The notes under the pieces were generated by a model that saw only the letters and a program-made list of their open reading frames with translations, searched no databases and was not told the origin of the DNA. A stretch of 64,000 nt of DNA, taken from contig JAUYHD010000016.1 of assembly GCA_030690215.1 (NCBI GenBank), positions 17,681 to 81,680 of the forward strand, given 5' to 3'. Positions 27,853 to 36,798 of this stretch are shown piece after piece (the first letter of the stretch is position 1; the number at the start of each line of letters is the position of its first letter). Source of the DNA: a bacterium (GTDB taxonomy: Bacteria > Patescibacteriota > Minisyncoccia > 1-14-0-10-42-19). The position numbers were made by a program, and so were the translations under genes.

Positions 27853-30800
27853 ATGAAAAAAAATCTGTTCGGGGTTCTGACACTTGGAATCCTGGTTATT
27901 GTATCAAGTTTCGTTTCTACATCCGATGTTGCCGTAGCAGCACCTGTCCCTGGCAGCATAACCGTGTTTGCTTCTGATACTGGTGTTAACGACGCAACCG
28001 TGGGTACGCGAATTTGGGGCAATCCTCAAAATGTTTCAAGCAGTGATGACGTGTCCGCCCAGGCAAACTTCATAGAGGACCAGGATTTGATTACGCGGTA
28101 TCTCCGCGTTGCTCCTCAATCACTATCTGCAATCCCCGCAGGAAGCACTATTACCGGCATACAAGTTAGCGTTGAAAAGAAAAGGGGGGCAGCGGTTACT
28201 GTTAGGGATTATTCTATACGCCTTTATAAATCGGCGGGTTTTATAGGAAACAACAAAGCCGATACTGGCACTAACTGGCCCGCGTCAGACCAAACCTTCA
28301 CGTATGGGGGGTCGGGAGACTTATGGGGCGCCACATGGACAAGAGACGAAGTAGTAAATAATTTGCAGGTTGGGATTTCCGCCCAAAATACTTTTAACGG
28401 AGGGGCAGGGGCCGTCATTGATTCTATTCAATTCACTATTTGGTATGAATACACTCCGCCCGCCCCAACCGTAATTGAAGCAGACAACACCGTGTTTGCT
28501 GCAACTACCGGCGTCAACGACACAACCGTGGGTACAAAAATTTGGGGTACTACCAATAATATCGCGGCAAGCGATGATGCGTACTCACAAGTAAACCTTT
28601 TGACAGGCGGAGATATATCAAGGTATCTCCGTGTTGCTCCGCAGTCACTTTCTTCAATTCCTGAAGGGAGCACAATTAAAGGCATACAAGTCAGCATTGA
28701 GAAAAGTAGAGGTACGCAATTTGTTAAAGATTATTCTATACGCCTCTACAAATCCGGAACGGGCTACATAGGCAGCGACAAAGCTAACACAAGCGTTAAC
28801 TGGCCTGCTTTAGATGAAATAGTTACCCATGGAGGTAATGGTGATTTGTGGGGGACCACATGGACCAGAGATGAAGTGGTTAATAATTTGGAAGTGGGAA
28901 TTTCCGCCCAAAACCAAACTACCACTTCAGCAGGAGCAAAGATCGATTCCATACAGTTTACTATTTGGTATGAATACACTCCGCCCGCCCCAACCGTTGA
29001 CCTAAAAGCAAACAGCGCCAACGGACCAATATCAATTGACTACAACACAGGTGCAACACTTTCGTGGGCTTCGACAAACGCAACATCGTGTGCCGCATCA
29101 AACGCATGGTCCGGAACAAAAGGCACATCAGGGTCAGAATCAACCGGAAATCTTACAGCATCAAAAACATACACGATAACGTGTACAGGGACAGGGGGAA
29201 GCGCAAATGATAGCGTTACAATAAATGTCCTCGCACCACCGCCCCCACCTCCTCCGCCACCGCCTCCTCCGCCTCCTCCGGCAACAACTGTATGCCAAGG
29301 CTCTGTAACTCTCTATCAACACATCAACTATATCGGTTATTCAGCGGGTTTTGATGTTGGCACCTACACCCTTGCACAACTTCAAGCATGCGGAGTTATT
29401 AACAACGACATATCTTCAATGAAGGTACCGAATGGCTACCAGGCAACGTTATATGATGGAGACAACTATTCAGGAATAAGTCTTACGCGAACTACTGACG
29501 ACAGCACATTGGTAGATGACGGGTTTAATGATTTAACTACATCGCTACGCGTAACAACCATTTCAACAACACCCACTCCTCCACCTCCGCCACCTCCATC
29601 GCCGGAACCTTCTCCAACTCCCCCACCGCCACCTCCTCCAACAAGCAACCTTGCTTTCCAAATTAATGACAAAATCCAAGTAACATCAGGACCTCTCAAT
29701 GTAAGAAGTTGCGCAAGCTTATCTTGCAACTCTCTTGGTATACAACCAACAGGTTCTTTGGGGTCAATTATCGGAGGCCCAACATTTGCAGATGGATTTT
29801 TCTGGTGGAATATCAATTACGATAACGCTCCGGATGGTTGGTCGGTTGAAAATTTCTTAACTCTCGTAACCTCAACTCCTCTACCACCTCCTCCACCGCC
29901 ACCGCCTCCAGCACCAGAACCTTCTCCAGCTCCACCGCCGCCACCTCCTCCAACAAGCAACCTTGCTTTCCAAATTAATGACCGTATTCAAGTAAACACA
30001 GGGAGCTCGGAATTTAATCTTAATGTCCGATCAACAGCAAATGGCACGATCGTTGGACAGCAATCAAACGGTGCGTTGGGAACTATTATCGGTGGGCCTC
30101 AAAGTGCTGGCAGCCACACATGGTGGAATGTTAATTTTGATGTAGCGCCTGATGGATGGGTTGCTGGAGATTTTCTTGTCACCAGTTCATCTCCTTCTCC
30201 AACACCTCCACCTCCGCCACCTCCTCCAGCACCGGAACCTTCTCCAACTCCCCCACCGCCACCTCCTCCAACAACAACCCTACTTTCTATTCCCGGAACC
30301 ATACAAGCAGAAAGCTATAAAGTAGGGGGCGAGGGTATTGGGTATCATGACACTACCCCAACAAACGATGGGGGCGCCGGGACTCGCAATGATGGAGTGG
30401 ATATAAAAGATGTCCCGGGTGAAGGTTTGACTATCGGATTTACAAATATCGGCGAATGGCTTGCATACGATGTAAGTGTCTCCCAAGGAGGGACATACTC
30501 TATTGATCTCCGCATCGCAAACGGAGAAACAACAAATCGTTCTCTCCACCTGGAAATAGACGGAACAAATAAAACCGGTTCGGTTACCGTGCCATCTACC
30601 GGATCATGGAACACACAAACAACTATTACAGTGCCCAATGTTTCCCTTACCCAAGGAACTCATGTATTGCGCGTTGTGTTTGACAATACCCCGCTTGATC
30701 TCAATTGGATGTTGTTTAATTTTGTTTCTTCCGGAAGTCCGTCTGCGCCTTCTGTGTCCACAAAATTCCAGATAAACGACCGCGTGCAAACAACAGACAA

Positions 30801-32835
30801 TCTTAATGTCCGCTCAATACCTTCAACTGTAACTGGGGTGGTGCTCGGCACGCACCAAACGGGATCACTCGGGACAATTATTGGCGGACCCGTTTTTGCA
30901 AACAATATTTGGTGGTGGCAAGTAAATTACGATAACAATCCTGACGGCTGGTCTGCTGAAAACTTTTTAACAAAATCAACAACGTCAGCACCACCGCCGC
31001 CGCCTCCTCCGACAACCATAGACATCAAAGCAAATAGCTCCGATGGACCAATATCCATTGCGTATAATTCAAGCGCAACACTTAGTTGGACTTCCTCAAA
31101 CACAACATCTTGCACCGCATCAAACGCATGGTCCGGAACAAAAAGCACATCGGGATCAGAATCAACCGGAAATCTTACGGAATCAAAAACATACACAATG
31201 ACCTGCACAGGAACTGGAGGAAGCGCAAATGACAGTGTCACGGTTAATGTAAATCCTCTGTCGACTCCTCCGCCTCCTCCCCCACCACCTCCATCTTCTA
31301 GCAATGAAGCACTCATATATGTAGATAATCAAAATTCCTCTGCTTCAGATTCTAACCCAGGAACAGTAACAAGCCCGCTAAGAACTATCGGCAAAGCCGC
31401 TCAACTAGCAAACTCAAAAAATAAGAGCGGAATTCCGGTACGAATTATTGTAAAAGCAGGCACATATCGAGAGTCGGTTGCATTCAATGATGAAACCGGC
31501 ATCACAACATCACCTATTACTATTGAGGGATCCCCCATCGGACAAGCAATTATTTCAGGATCAGATGTATGGACAGGATGGACTTCTACATCAGGTCTCT
31601 GGGTTCATGACTGGCCTTATGACTGGGGCGCGGTTTCCTGGCTTGGCGTACCCTCCGGAGAACTCGCAAGACGCCGCGAAATGGTATTCGTAAACGGTGA
31701 ACACTACATGCAAGCTCTTTCAACGGGAGAACTGACGGACAAAACCTTTTATGTAGATGAGGTCAACAATAAAATCTATGTAAAATCTTCCACCAATCTG
31801 AACACCTCAAAAGTAGAAGTCGGCACCCGGAAAGGAATATTCTATGCAAAGAATAGGCAAAACTTTACAATACGGGGCATGATATTCCAACACGATACCA
31901 CTGCCGGTGATTTATCTGGTGTTAATTTCGTCCTCATGAAAAACCTTGTCATAGAAGACAGTAAATTTTTGTGGAATAACTGGGGTGGGATGCAAATTAC
32001 AAGAGGTGAGGGAATTACCGTACGCAGACTCGTTGGTAATTATAATGGCGGGAAAGGAACAGAAATGGTGTTTAGCAAAAATGCCTTATGGGAAGATATA
32101 GAAAGTTCATATAACAACTGGCGCGGAGATTCGGGAGGGTTCAACCAATGGAGTGTCGCAGGTTCAAAGCACTTAAGGAACCGAGATGTTACATATCGTA
32201 ATTTTGTCGTCGCCAACAACAAAGCGAGAGGATTTTGGCTCGATTATGATAACTCTGGCATTGTTTTTGACGGTCTTATTTCTATTAATAATTATGAGAG
32301 CGGTATCTCTCTTGAAGCCAACCAGGGTCCGATACTTGTAAAAAATAGCGCAATCTGTGGGAACGGCGACTATGACGGAGTAAGAACCTCAACTTCATGG
32401 GGCGGACTTATTTCTGCAAACTCCATGAACATTACTATCCAGGATAGTGTTTTCTATCGGAACGTTGTTACTAATATTCGGACTCACGGAGCAAACATCC
32501 GACCGATCAACGATTTCGTAACAGGAGGGGTGCATGACGGAATATCGAAAAATTGGACATGGACGGGCATCGTTGATGTGGGCCAAGGCACAAATGAGTT
32601 GCTTGTGTATAGAGTAGATGACGCTACTGAATTTTTGGATACCCTTACGGTAAACAACAATATTTATTGGAACCCTACTGACCCAAATACATTCAATGCT
32701 AATGGGAGAACAGATTTTGCCGGATGGAAAACTAAAACCGGTCAAGAGCAAAACTCGGTATTTGCCGATCCAAATACTCTTTCTTTGACCAGCCAACAAA
32801 GAGCACTGCTAGACAGATGCATTGCTAGCTACTAA
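27853..32835 (+). CDS. Giant secreted multidomain surface protein (1660 aa). Signal peptide; 2x about 175-aa repeat; 2x Ig-like; poly-Pro linkers; beta/gamma-crystallin; 3x SH3b-like; CBM6-like; C-terminal right-handed beta-helix.
   Basis: Duplicated NxNGPISIxYNxxATLSWxSxNxTSCxASNAWSGTK Ig-like units (29000-29235, 31017-31255); Greek-key CQGSVTLYQHINYIGY...; CBM6-like LSIPGTIQAESYKVGGEGIGYHD...GEWLAYDV...LNWMLF; beta-helix NFTIRGMIFQHD... Confidence 0.7.
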   Translation: MKKNLFGVLTLGILVIVSSFVSTSDVAVAAPVPGSITVFASDTGVNDATVGTRIWGNPQNVSSSDDVSAQANFIEDQDLITRYLRVAPQSLSAIPAGSTITGIQVSVEKKRGAAVTVRDYSIRLYKSAGFIGNNKADTGTNWPASDQTFTYGGSGDLWGATWTRDEVVNNLQVGISAQNTFNGGAGAVIDSIQFTIWYEYTPPAPTVIEADNTVFAATTGVNDTTVGTKIWGTTNNIAASDDAYSQVNLLTGGDISRYLRVAPQSLSSIPEGSTIKGIQVSIEKSRGTQFVKDYSIRLYKSGTGYIGSDKANTSVNWPALDEIVTHGGNGDLWGTTWTRDEVVNNLEVGISAQNQTTTSAGAKIDSIQFTIWYEYTPPAPTVDLKANSANGPISIDYNTGATLSWASTNATSCAASNAWSGTKGTSGSESTGNLTASKTYTITCTGTGGSANDSVTINVLAPPPPPPPPPPPPPPPATTVCQGSVTLYQHINYIGYSAGFDVGTYTLAQLQACGVINNDISSMKVPNGYQATLYDGDNYSGISLTRTTDDSTLVDDGFNDLTTSLRVTTISTTPTPPPPPPPSPEPSPTPPPPPPPTSNLAFQINDKIQVTSGPLNVRSCASLSCNSLGIQPTGSLGSIIGGPTFADGFFWWNINYDNAPDGWSVENFLTLVTSTPLPPPPPPPPPAPEPSPAPPPPPPPTSNLAFQINDRIQVNTGSSEFNLNVRSTANGTIVGQQSNGALGTIIGGPQSAGSHTWWNVNFDVAPDGWVAGDFLVTSSSPSPTPPPPPPPPAPEPSPTPPPPPPPTTTLLSIPGTIQAESYKVGGEGIGYHDTTPTNDGGAGTRNDGVDIKDVPGEGLTIGFTNIGEWLAYDVSVSQGGTYSIDLRIANGETTNRSLHLEIDGTNKTGSVTVPSTGSWNTQTTITVPNVSLTQGTHVLRVVFDNTPLDLNWMLFNFVSSGSPSAPSVSTKFQINDRVQTTDNLNVRSIPSTVTGVVLGTHQTGSLGTIIGGPVFANNIWWWQVNYDNNPDGWSAENFLTKSTTSAPPPPPPPTTIDIKANSSDGPISIAYNSSATLSWTSSNTTSCTASNAWSGTKSTSGSESTGNLTESKTYTMTCTGTGGSANDSVTVNVNPLSTPPPPPPPPPSSSNEALIYVDNQNSSASDSNPGTVTSPLRTIGKAAQLANSKNKSGIPVRIIVKAGTYRESVAFNDETGITTSPITIEGSPIGQAIISGSDVWTGWTSTSGLWVHDWPYDWGAVSWLGVPSGELARRREMVFVNGEHYMQALSTGELTDKTFYVDEVNNKIYVKSSTNLNTSKVEVGTRKGIFYAKNRQNFTIRGMIFQHDTTAGDLSGVNFVLMKNLVIEDSKFLWNNWGGMQITRGEGITVRRLVGNYNGGKGTEMVFSKNALWEDIESSYNNWRGDSGGFNQWSVAGSKHLRNRDVTYRNFVVANNKARGFWLDYDNSGIVFDGLISINNYESGISLEANQGPILVKNSAICGNGDYDGVRTSTSWGGLISANSMNITIQDSVFYRNVVTNIRTHGANIRPINDFVTGGVHDGISKNWTWTGIVDVGQGTNELLVYRVDDATEFLDTLTVNNNIYWNPTDPNTFNANGRTDFAGWKTKTGQEQNSVFADPNTLSLTSQQRALLDRCIASY

Positions 32836-32881
32836 TCTTTATTCTCCGCAACGATCTCTGGGTTGTCAGAGTGATTAGGAA

Positions 32882-32925
32882 AAATACCCTGCATTTTATG
32901 CGGGGTATTTTTTGATTCCTCCGTA
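32882..32925 (+). terminator. Rho-independent terminator after the giant gene (ATACCCTGCATTTTATGCGGGGTATTTTTTG)
   Basis: GC stem followed by T-run. Confidence 0.6.
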
Positions 32926-32960
32926 GACAAATACTCGGCAGAACTATATAATAAAATTGT

Positions 32961-33071
32961 ATGAAAAAAGTCATAACAGGAAAGCCCGAGGATGACACGA
33001 AACCTCACAGATTGCCTCCAGTCCCATTTGCGCCAGTCAATTGGAACCCGCCCATCAAACCGGAATTCTAA
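32961..33071 (+). CDS. Small ORF A (36 aa): MKKVITGKPEDDTKPHRLPPVPFAPVNWNPPIKPEF
   Basis: One of three tandem related Pro/Gly/Trp-rich small ORFs; below the ORF-track cutoff; translated by hand. Confidence 0.35.
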   Translation: MKKVITGKPEDDTKPHRLPPVPFAPVNWNPPIKPEF

Positions 33072-33246
33072 TTTTATCGCAACATTCGGAAGTCCGACTT
33101 CCGAATTTGGACTAATGCGCAAAACCCGACCTAGCACATTTTTATTAACACGAGCGGTGTTTCGGTGTAGACACATATCTTTTAAAAAGCTATAATGAGG
33201 GTGTAATAAAAGTCGATTATTTAAATATTTAATTATTGAAAAATAT

Positions 33247-33336
33247 ATGAAAGCAAAAACTGGAAACGACCCATTTTGGCCTGGTGGTCATGGAGGACAC
33301 AAATTACCCCCAGTTGGGTGGGGTCCATTAATGTAA
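33247..33336 (+). CDS. Small ORF B (29 aa): MKAKTGNDPFWPGGHGGHKLPPVGWGPLM
   Basis: Shares LPPV and W/G/P composition with ORFs A and C. Confidence 0.35.
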   Translation: MKAKTGNDPFWPGGHGGHKLPPVGWGPLM

Positions 33337-33361
33337 GAATTAACTTTTATTTATATTTATT

Positions 33362-33541
33362 ATGAAACCTGAATTTGATATTATCTTGTTTGGACATCCA
33401 AAAAGAGACCCGGTGGATTATTTTGGCCTTGGCCGTACTGGCGGTGGAGGTCCGTCAGGACCTTGGCAGCAAGCGCCAGGCCCAGGACCCTTAGGTCCAT
33501 TGAATGGCCCGGTAGTCCCTGGGATAAAACCGGAGGATTAA
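33362..33541 (+). CDS. Small ORF C (59 aa): MKPEFDIILFGHPKRDPVDYFGLGRTGGGGPSGPWQQAPGPGPLGPLNGPVVPGIKPED
   Basis: Begins MKPEF and ends IKPED, mirroring ORF A's C-terminal IKPEF; partially collagen-like G-P-X triplets. Confidence 0.4.
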   Translation: MKPEFDIILFGHPKRDPVDYFGLGRTGGGGPSGPWQQAPGPGPLGPLNGPVVPGIKPED

Positions 33542-33548
33542 TCACCTC

Positions 33549-33598
33549 TTGACCCCGTTAGATGAGCGAGCTTTGAGAAGCTCTATCTAATGGGGCTT
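33549..33598. repeat. Palindromic REP-like element followed by a promoter-like TTGACC-17-TATACT
   Basis: CCCCGTTAGATGAGCGAGCTTTGAGAAGCTCTATCTAATGGGG then GCTTGACCTCAATAATAAAAGGATTATACT. Confidence 0.6.
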
Positions 33599-33960
33599 GA
33601 CCTCAATAATAAAAGGATTATACTGATACTTGGTATGAAAGACCCAATAATTGTTTAGCTTAATACGTTTTGTTTTTAACAAGTAAACCCACTGCTGTCT
33701 TTGGAGACAGTTTTTGTTTTCCAAAATAGCAGCGGGAGTACTTGGACCAGCAATTTTACAAAAGAGATTAATAAAGTAAGAATCTTTTAAAAACAAAAGA
33801 AAAAGAAATATGCGTTTTCTTTTGTTCCGTTCACATATTTCGCTTGCGCTGCGCGCAATCGCGAAATAAAGTGCCCCGTCGAATGACGGGGCGCGAGAGT
33901 GCGAGAAACTTTGAACGTCCGGTCATCCGACCGGACTCAAAAAGACTCGCTCACTCTCGT

Positions 33961-36192
33961 CTTTTTGAGAGTTTGATCCTAGCTCAGGATGAACGCTGGC
34001 GGCGTGGATAAGGCATGCAAGTCGTACGGTCGTGCCTCTCTATCGCTCAGCACTCCCTAAGCTCAAAGTGTAAAACGAAAAGTTCAAAACTAATGTGAAA
34101 TAATTTCAACAAAGTTGAAATTATTATTCCTCAGTTTTACGTTTTTATTTTTGAGTTTTTAGTTTGAGTGCCGAACGGCAGTGAGGCACGACAGTGGCAG
34201 ACGGGGTAGTAACACGTAGGTACATACCACTGAGACAAGAATAACCCAGAGAAATCTGGGATAATACTTGATAGTCTAGTGATCGATTTTCCCTCACAAG
34301 ATGTTTTAATTTTTAATTCTCAATTATCAATTTTCAATAAAAATTTGGAAATTGAAACTTTCTCGCCTCGCCGTAGCTTTAGCGAAGCGGAAACATTGTC
34401 CGCCAGAGGCGGATCCTCCTCCGGAGGAAAAATTCAAAACAGTCCTTGCGGGTAAAAATCGGTTACTAGTAAAGGTTCGTAAGAACCGCTCGGTGAATGG
34501 CCTGCGGGCTATCAGCTTGTTGGTGAGGTAACGGCTCACCAAGGCTATGACGGCTAGGGGGTGTGAGAGCATGGCCCCCACCAATGGAACTGAGACACGG
34601 TCCATACATCTACGGATGGCTGCAGTCGAGAATATTGGGCAATGGGCGAAAGCCTGACCCAGCGACGCCGCGTGCAGGATGAAGGCCTTCGGGCTGTAAA
34701 CTGCTTTTATGGGGGAGGAATCCCCTCCTTGAGGTTGAGTGTGGTACAATCACGCTATGTATTATGTATATATCCTGAAATTAAATAATGAAAAATTATA
34801 CATCGGATACACTGTGGATTTAAAAAGGCGTATTGTTGAACACGAAACAGGAATGAGTATGCATACTAAAAAATTTTTACCTTGCATGCTTGTTTATTAT
34901 GAAGCATACAAATCACGAAAAGATGCGATGAAGCGTGAGAAAAATCTAAAAAAATTCAAAAGTTCATACAGACAATTAAAAATACGTATTGCTTCAAGTA
35001 TATTCGACACCAAGGAGGGGATGACGTTACCCCATGAATAAGGGCTTGCTAACCTCGTGCCAGCAGCCGCGGTAATACGAGGGGCCCAAGCGTTATCCGG
35101 AATCACTGGGCGTAAAGGGTTCGTAGGGGGTTGTATTAGTCCTATGTTAAAGCCTTCGGCTTAACCGAAGAAATGCATAGGAAACGGTATAACTGGAGGG
35201 TGTGAGAGGCTGATGGAACTCACGGTGTAGGGGTGAAATCCGTTGATATCGTGGGGAACACCAAATGCGAAGGCAATCAGCTGGCGCATTCCTGACCCTG
35301 AAGAACGAAAGCGTGGGGATCGAAAAGGATTAGATACCCTTGTAGTCCACGCCCTAAACGTTGATGACTAGCTATTGGAAGTATCGACCCTTCCAGTGGC
35401 GTAGCTAACGCGTTAAGTCATCCGCCTGGGAATTACGATCGCAAGATTAAAACTCAAAGGAATAGACGGGGACTCGCACAAGCGGTGGAGCATGTGGTTC
35501 AATTCGATGATAAGCGAAAAACCTTACCAGGGCTAGAAATTCTAGTGAAGTCGACCCGAAAGGGACGATGTCTCACAAGGACACTAGGACAGGTGCTGCA
35601 TGGTTGTCGTCAGTTCGTGGTTTGAACTGTTCCCTTAAGTGGGTCAACGAACGCAACCCCCGTTGCCTGTTATACATGTCAGGCAAGACTGCCCCTCACT
35701 TTGCGCACAAGCGCAAAGTGAGTTTACTAGTTACGCCTTGCTCTAGTTTGCTAGTTTAAATTTTACAACTAGAAAACTAAAGTGAGCAGAGCGAACGTAA
35801 CTAGAAAACTCACTTTGTTCGTTTGCGAACAAAGTGAGGGGAGGAAGGTGGGGATGACGCCAAATCAGCATGGCCCTCGACGTCCTGGGCTACACACATG
35901 CTACAATGGCACGTACAAAGGGCCGCAAAAGAGCAATCTGGAGCAAATCCCATCAAAACGTGCCCTAGTTCGGATTGAGGTCTGCAACTTGACCTCATGA
36001 AGCTGGAATCGCTAGTAATCGCAGATCAGCACGCTGCGGTGAATACGTTCTCGAGTCTTGTACTCACCGCCCGTCAAGTCAGGGAAGTCGGGAGTACCCG
36101 AAGTGCCAGGTATCTGGCCCGAAGGTAAGCTCGATAACAAGGACTAAGTCGTAACAAGGCACGGCTAGCGGAAGCTGGTCGTGGATCATTAT
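33961..36192 (+). rRNA. 16S rRNA gene, about 2.23 kb, with four insertions. (a) 34063-34170 hairpin element; (b) about 34275-34480 V2 expansion; (c) about 34720-35020 GIY-YIG ORF; (d) about 35694-35848 palindromic insertion. The 3' end is ...GGATCATTATCT and lacks CCUCC.
   Basis: Conserved blocks AGAGTTTGATCCTAGCTCAG, GTGCCAGCAGCCGCGGTAATAC, GGATTAGATACCCTTGTAGTCC, GCATGTGGTTCAATTCGATG, TACACACCGCCCGTCA, AAGTCGTAACAAGG read in order. Confidence 0.9.
34757..35041 (+). CDS. GIY-YIG nuclease-family ORF embedded in the 16S rRNA V3 insertion (possible intron-encoded homing endonuclease)
   Basis: MYYVYILKLNNEKLYIGYTVDLKRRIVEHETG is a canonical GIY-YIG motif; the ORF 3' end runs into the conserved TGACGTTACC rRNA sequence. 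Confidence 0.7.
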   Translation: MYYVYILKLNNEKLYIGYTVDLKRRIVEHETGMSMHTKKFLPCMLVYYEAYKSRKDAMKREKNLKKFKSSYRQLKIRIASSIFDTKEGMTLPHE

Positions 36193-36338
36193 CTAAACTA
36201 TTTCCGATATTCATTTGATTTTTATCAAAAGAAGAAGCGGAACAGTTAGGCGATACTCCCACTGGGAGTAATAGGTGTTAGTCGCGGAGCCTTTAAATCG
36301 CGACTTGAACGGAGCAAAAGAAAACGCACATACACAAA

Positions 36339-36376
36339 GACCCCGAATCGCGTTTGACGCGACGGGGTTTTTGTTT
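36339..36376 (+). terminator. Rho-independent terminator downstream of 16S (GACCCCGAATCGCGTTTGACGCGACGGGGTTTTTG)
   Basis: The same CGCGTTTGACGCGACGG hairpin recurs at 3742-3770 and 21905-21945. Confidence 0.55.
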
Positions 36377-36378
36377 GC

Positions 36379-36507
36379 TTGACAAATAAAATAATCTTTG
36401 CTATCATGCGAGCACCTCACGTTTGAGGCCTATTTGATCGGATGACCTGTAGACCCAGGTCACACGGGGCGAGTTGCTGTAAAAAGCAAGCGCCCCTATT
36501 TTTTTTA
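36379..36507 (+). ncRNA. Candidate about 90-nt small RNA: sigma70-like promoter (TTGACA 36379-36384, 17-bp spacer, TATCAT 36402-36407) then internal hairpin then GGGGCGAGTTGCTGTAAAAAGCAAGCGCCCC + T8 terminator
   Basis: Promoter and terminator read directly; no family assignment possible. Confidence 0.3.
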
Positions 36508-36512
36508 CTTTT

Positions 36513-36590
36513 CATTGACCCAGTTAGATGAGCAAGCTTTGCGAAGCTCTATCTAACGGGGTTGACAATACTCCCCCATTCTGTAGAATA
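36513..36590 (+). promoter_or_regulatory. REP-like palindrome whose 3' arm supplies a -35 (CTAACGGGGTTGACA) for a TTGACA-17-TAGAAT promoter; about 200-nt structured leader upstream of the MoxR-vWA gene
   Basis: Sequence read directly; leader contains hairpin TGCCTTTTTCTATGCATAAAAGGCA. Confidence 0.45.
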
Positions 36591-36798
36591 AACTCCGAAC
36601 TGAATAATTCCCTATCAGAAAGGAAAGGGCAAGTTAGGTTACCAACCTGACCCATTCTATCCCTAGGTAGACCGGAAAAGAGCAGCGTTCTTTTCCCTAC
36701 TTTGAGGACAAAGAATATGTCAGAACCTACCTTGCCTTTTTCTATGCATAAAAGGCAAAGAACATTAAAAATAAAAATAGAACCACACGGAGGATATC

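Noticed and set aside
29000-31255. Possible diversity-generating retroelement (the two Ig-like repeats as a TR/VR pair)
   Set aside because: The two copies differ at many non-adenine positions across the whole unit, no reverse transcriptase is present, and the repeats are in-frame protein domains.
29466-31316. Minus-strand ORFs encoding poly-Gly stretches (GGGGGGGVGEGSG...) inside the giant gene
   Set aside because: They are antisense translations of the poly-proline linkers (CCNCCN read backwards) of the well-supported 1660-aa plus-strand CDS.
34739-34756. GTG-initiated N-terminal extension (MWYNHA) of the GIY-YIG ORF
   Set aside because: The GIY-YIG motif starts right at the internal ATG (MYYVYIL). 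The upstream codons are conserved rRNA sequence.
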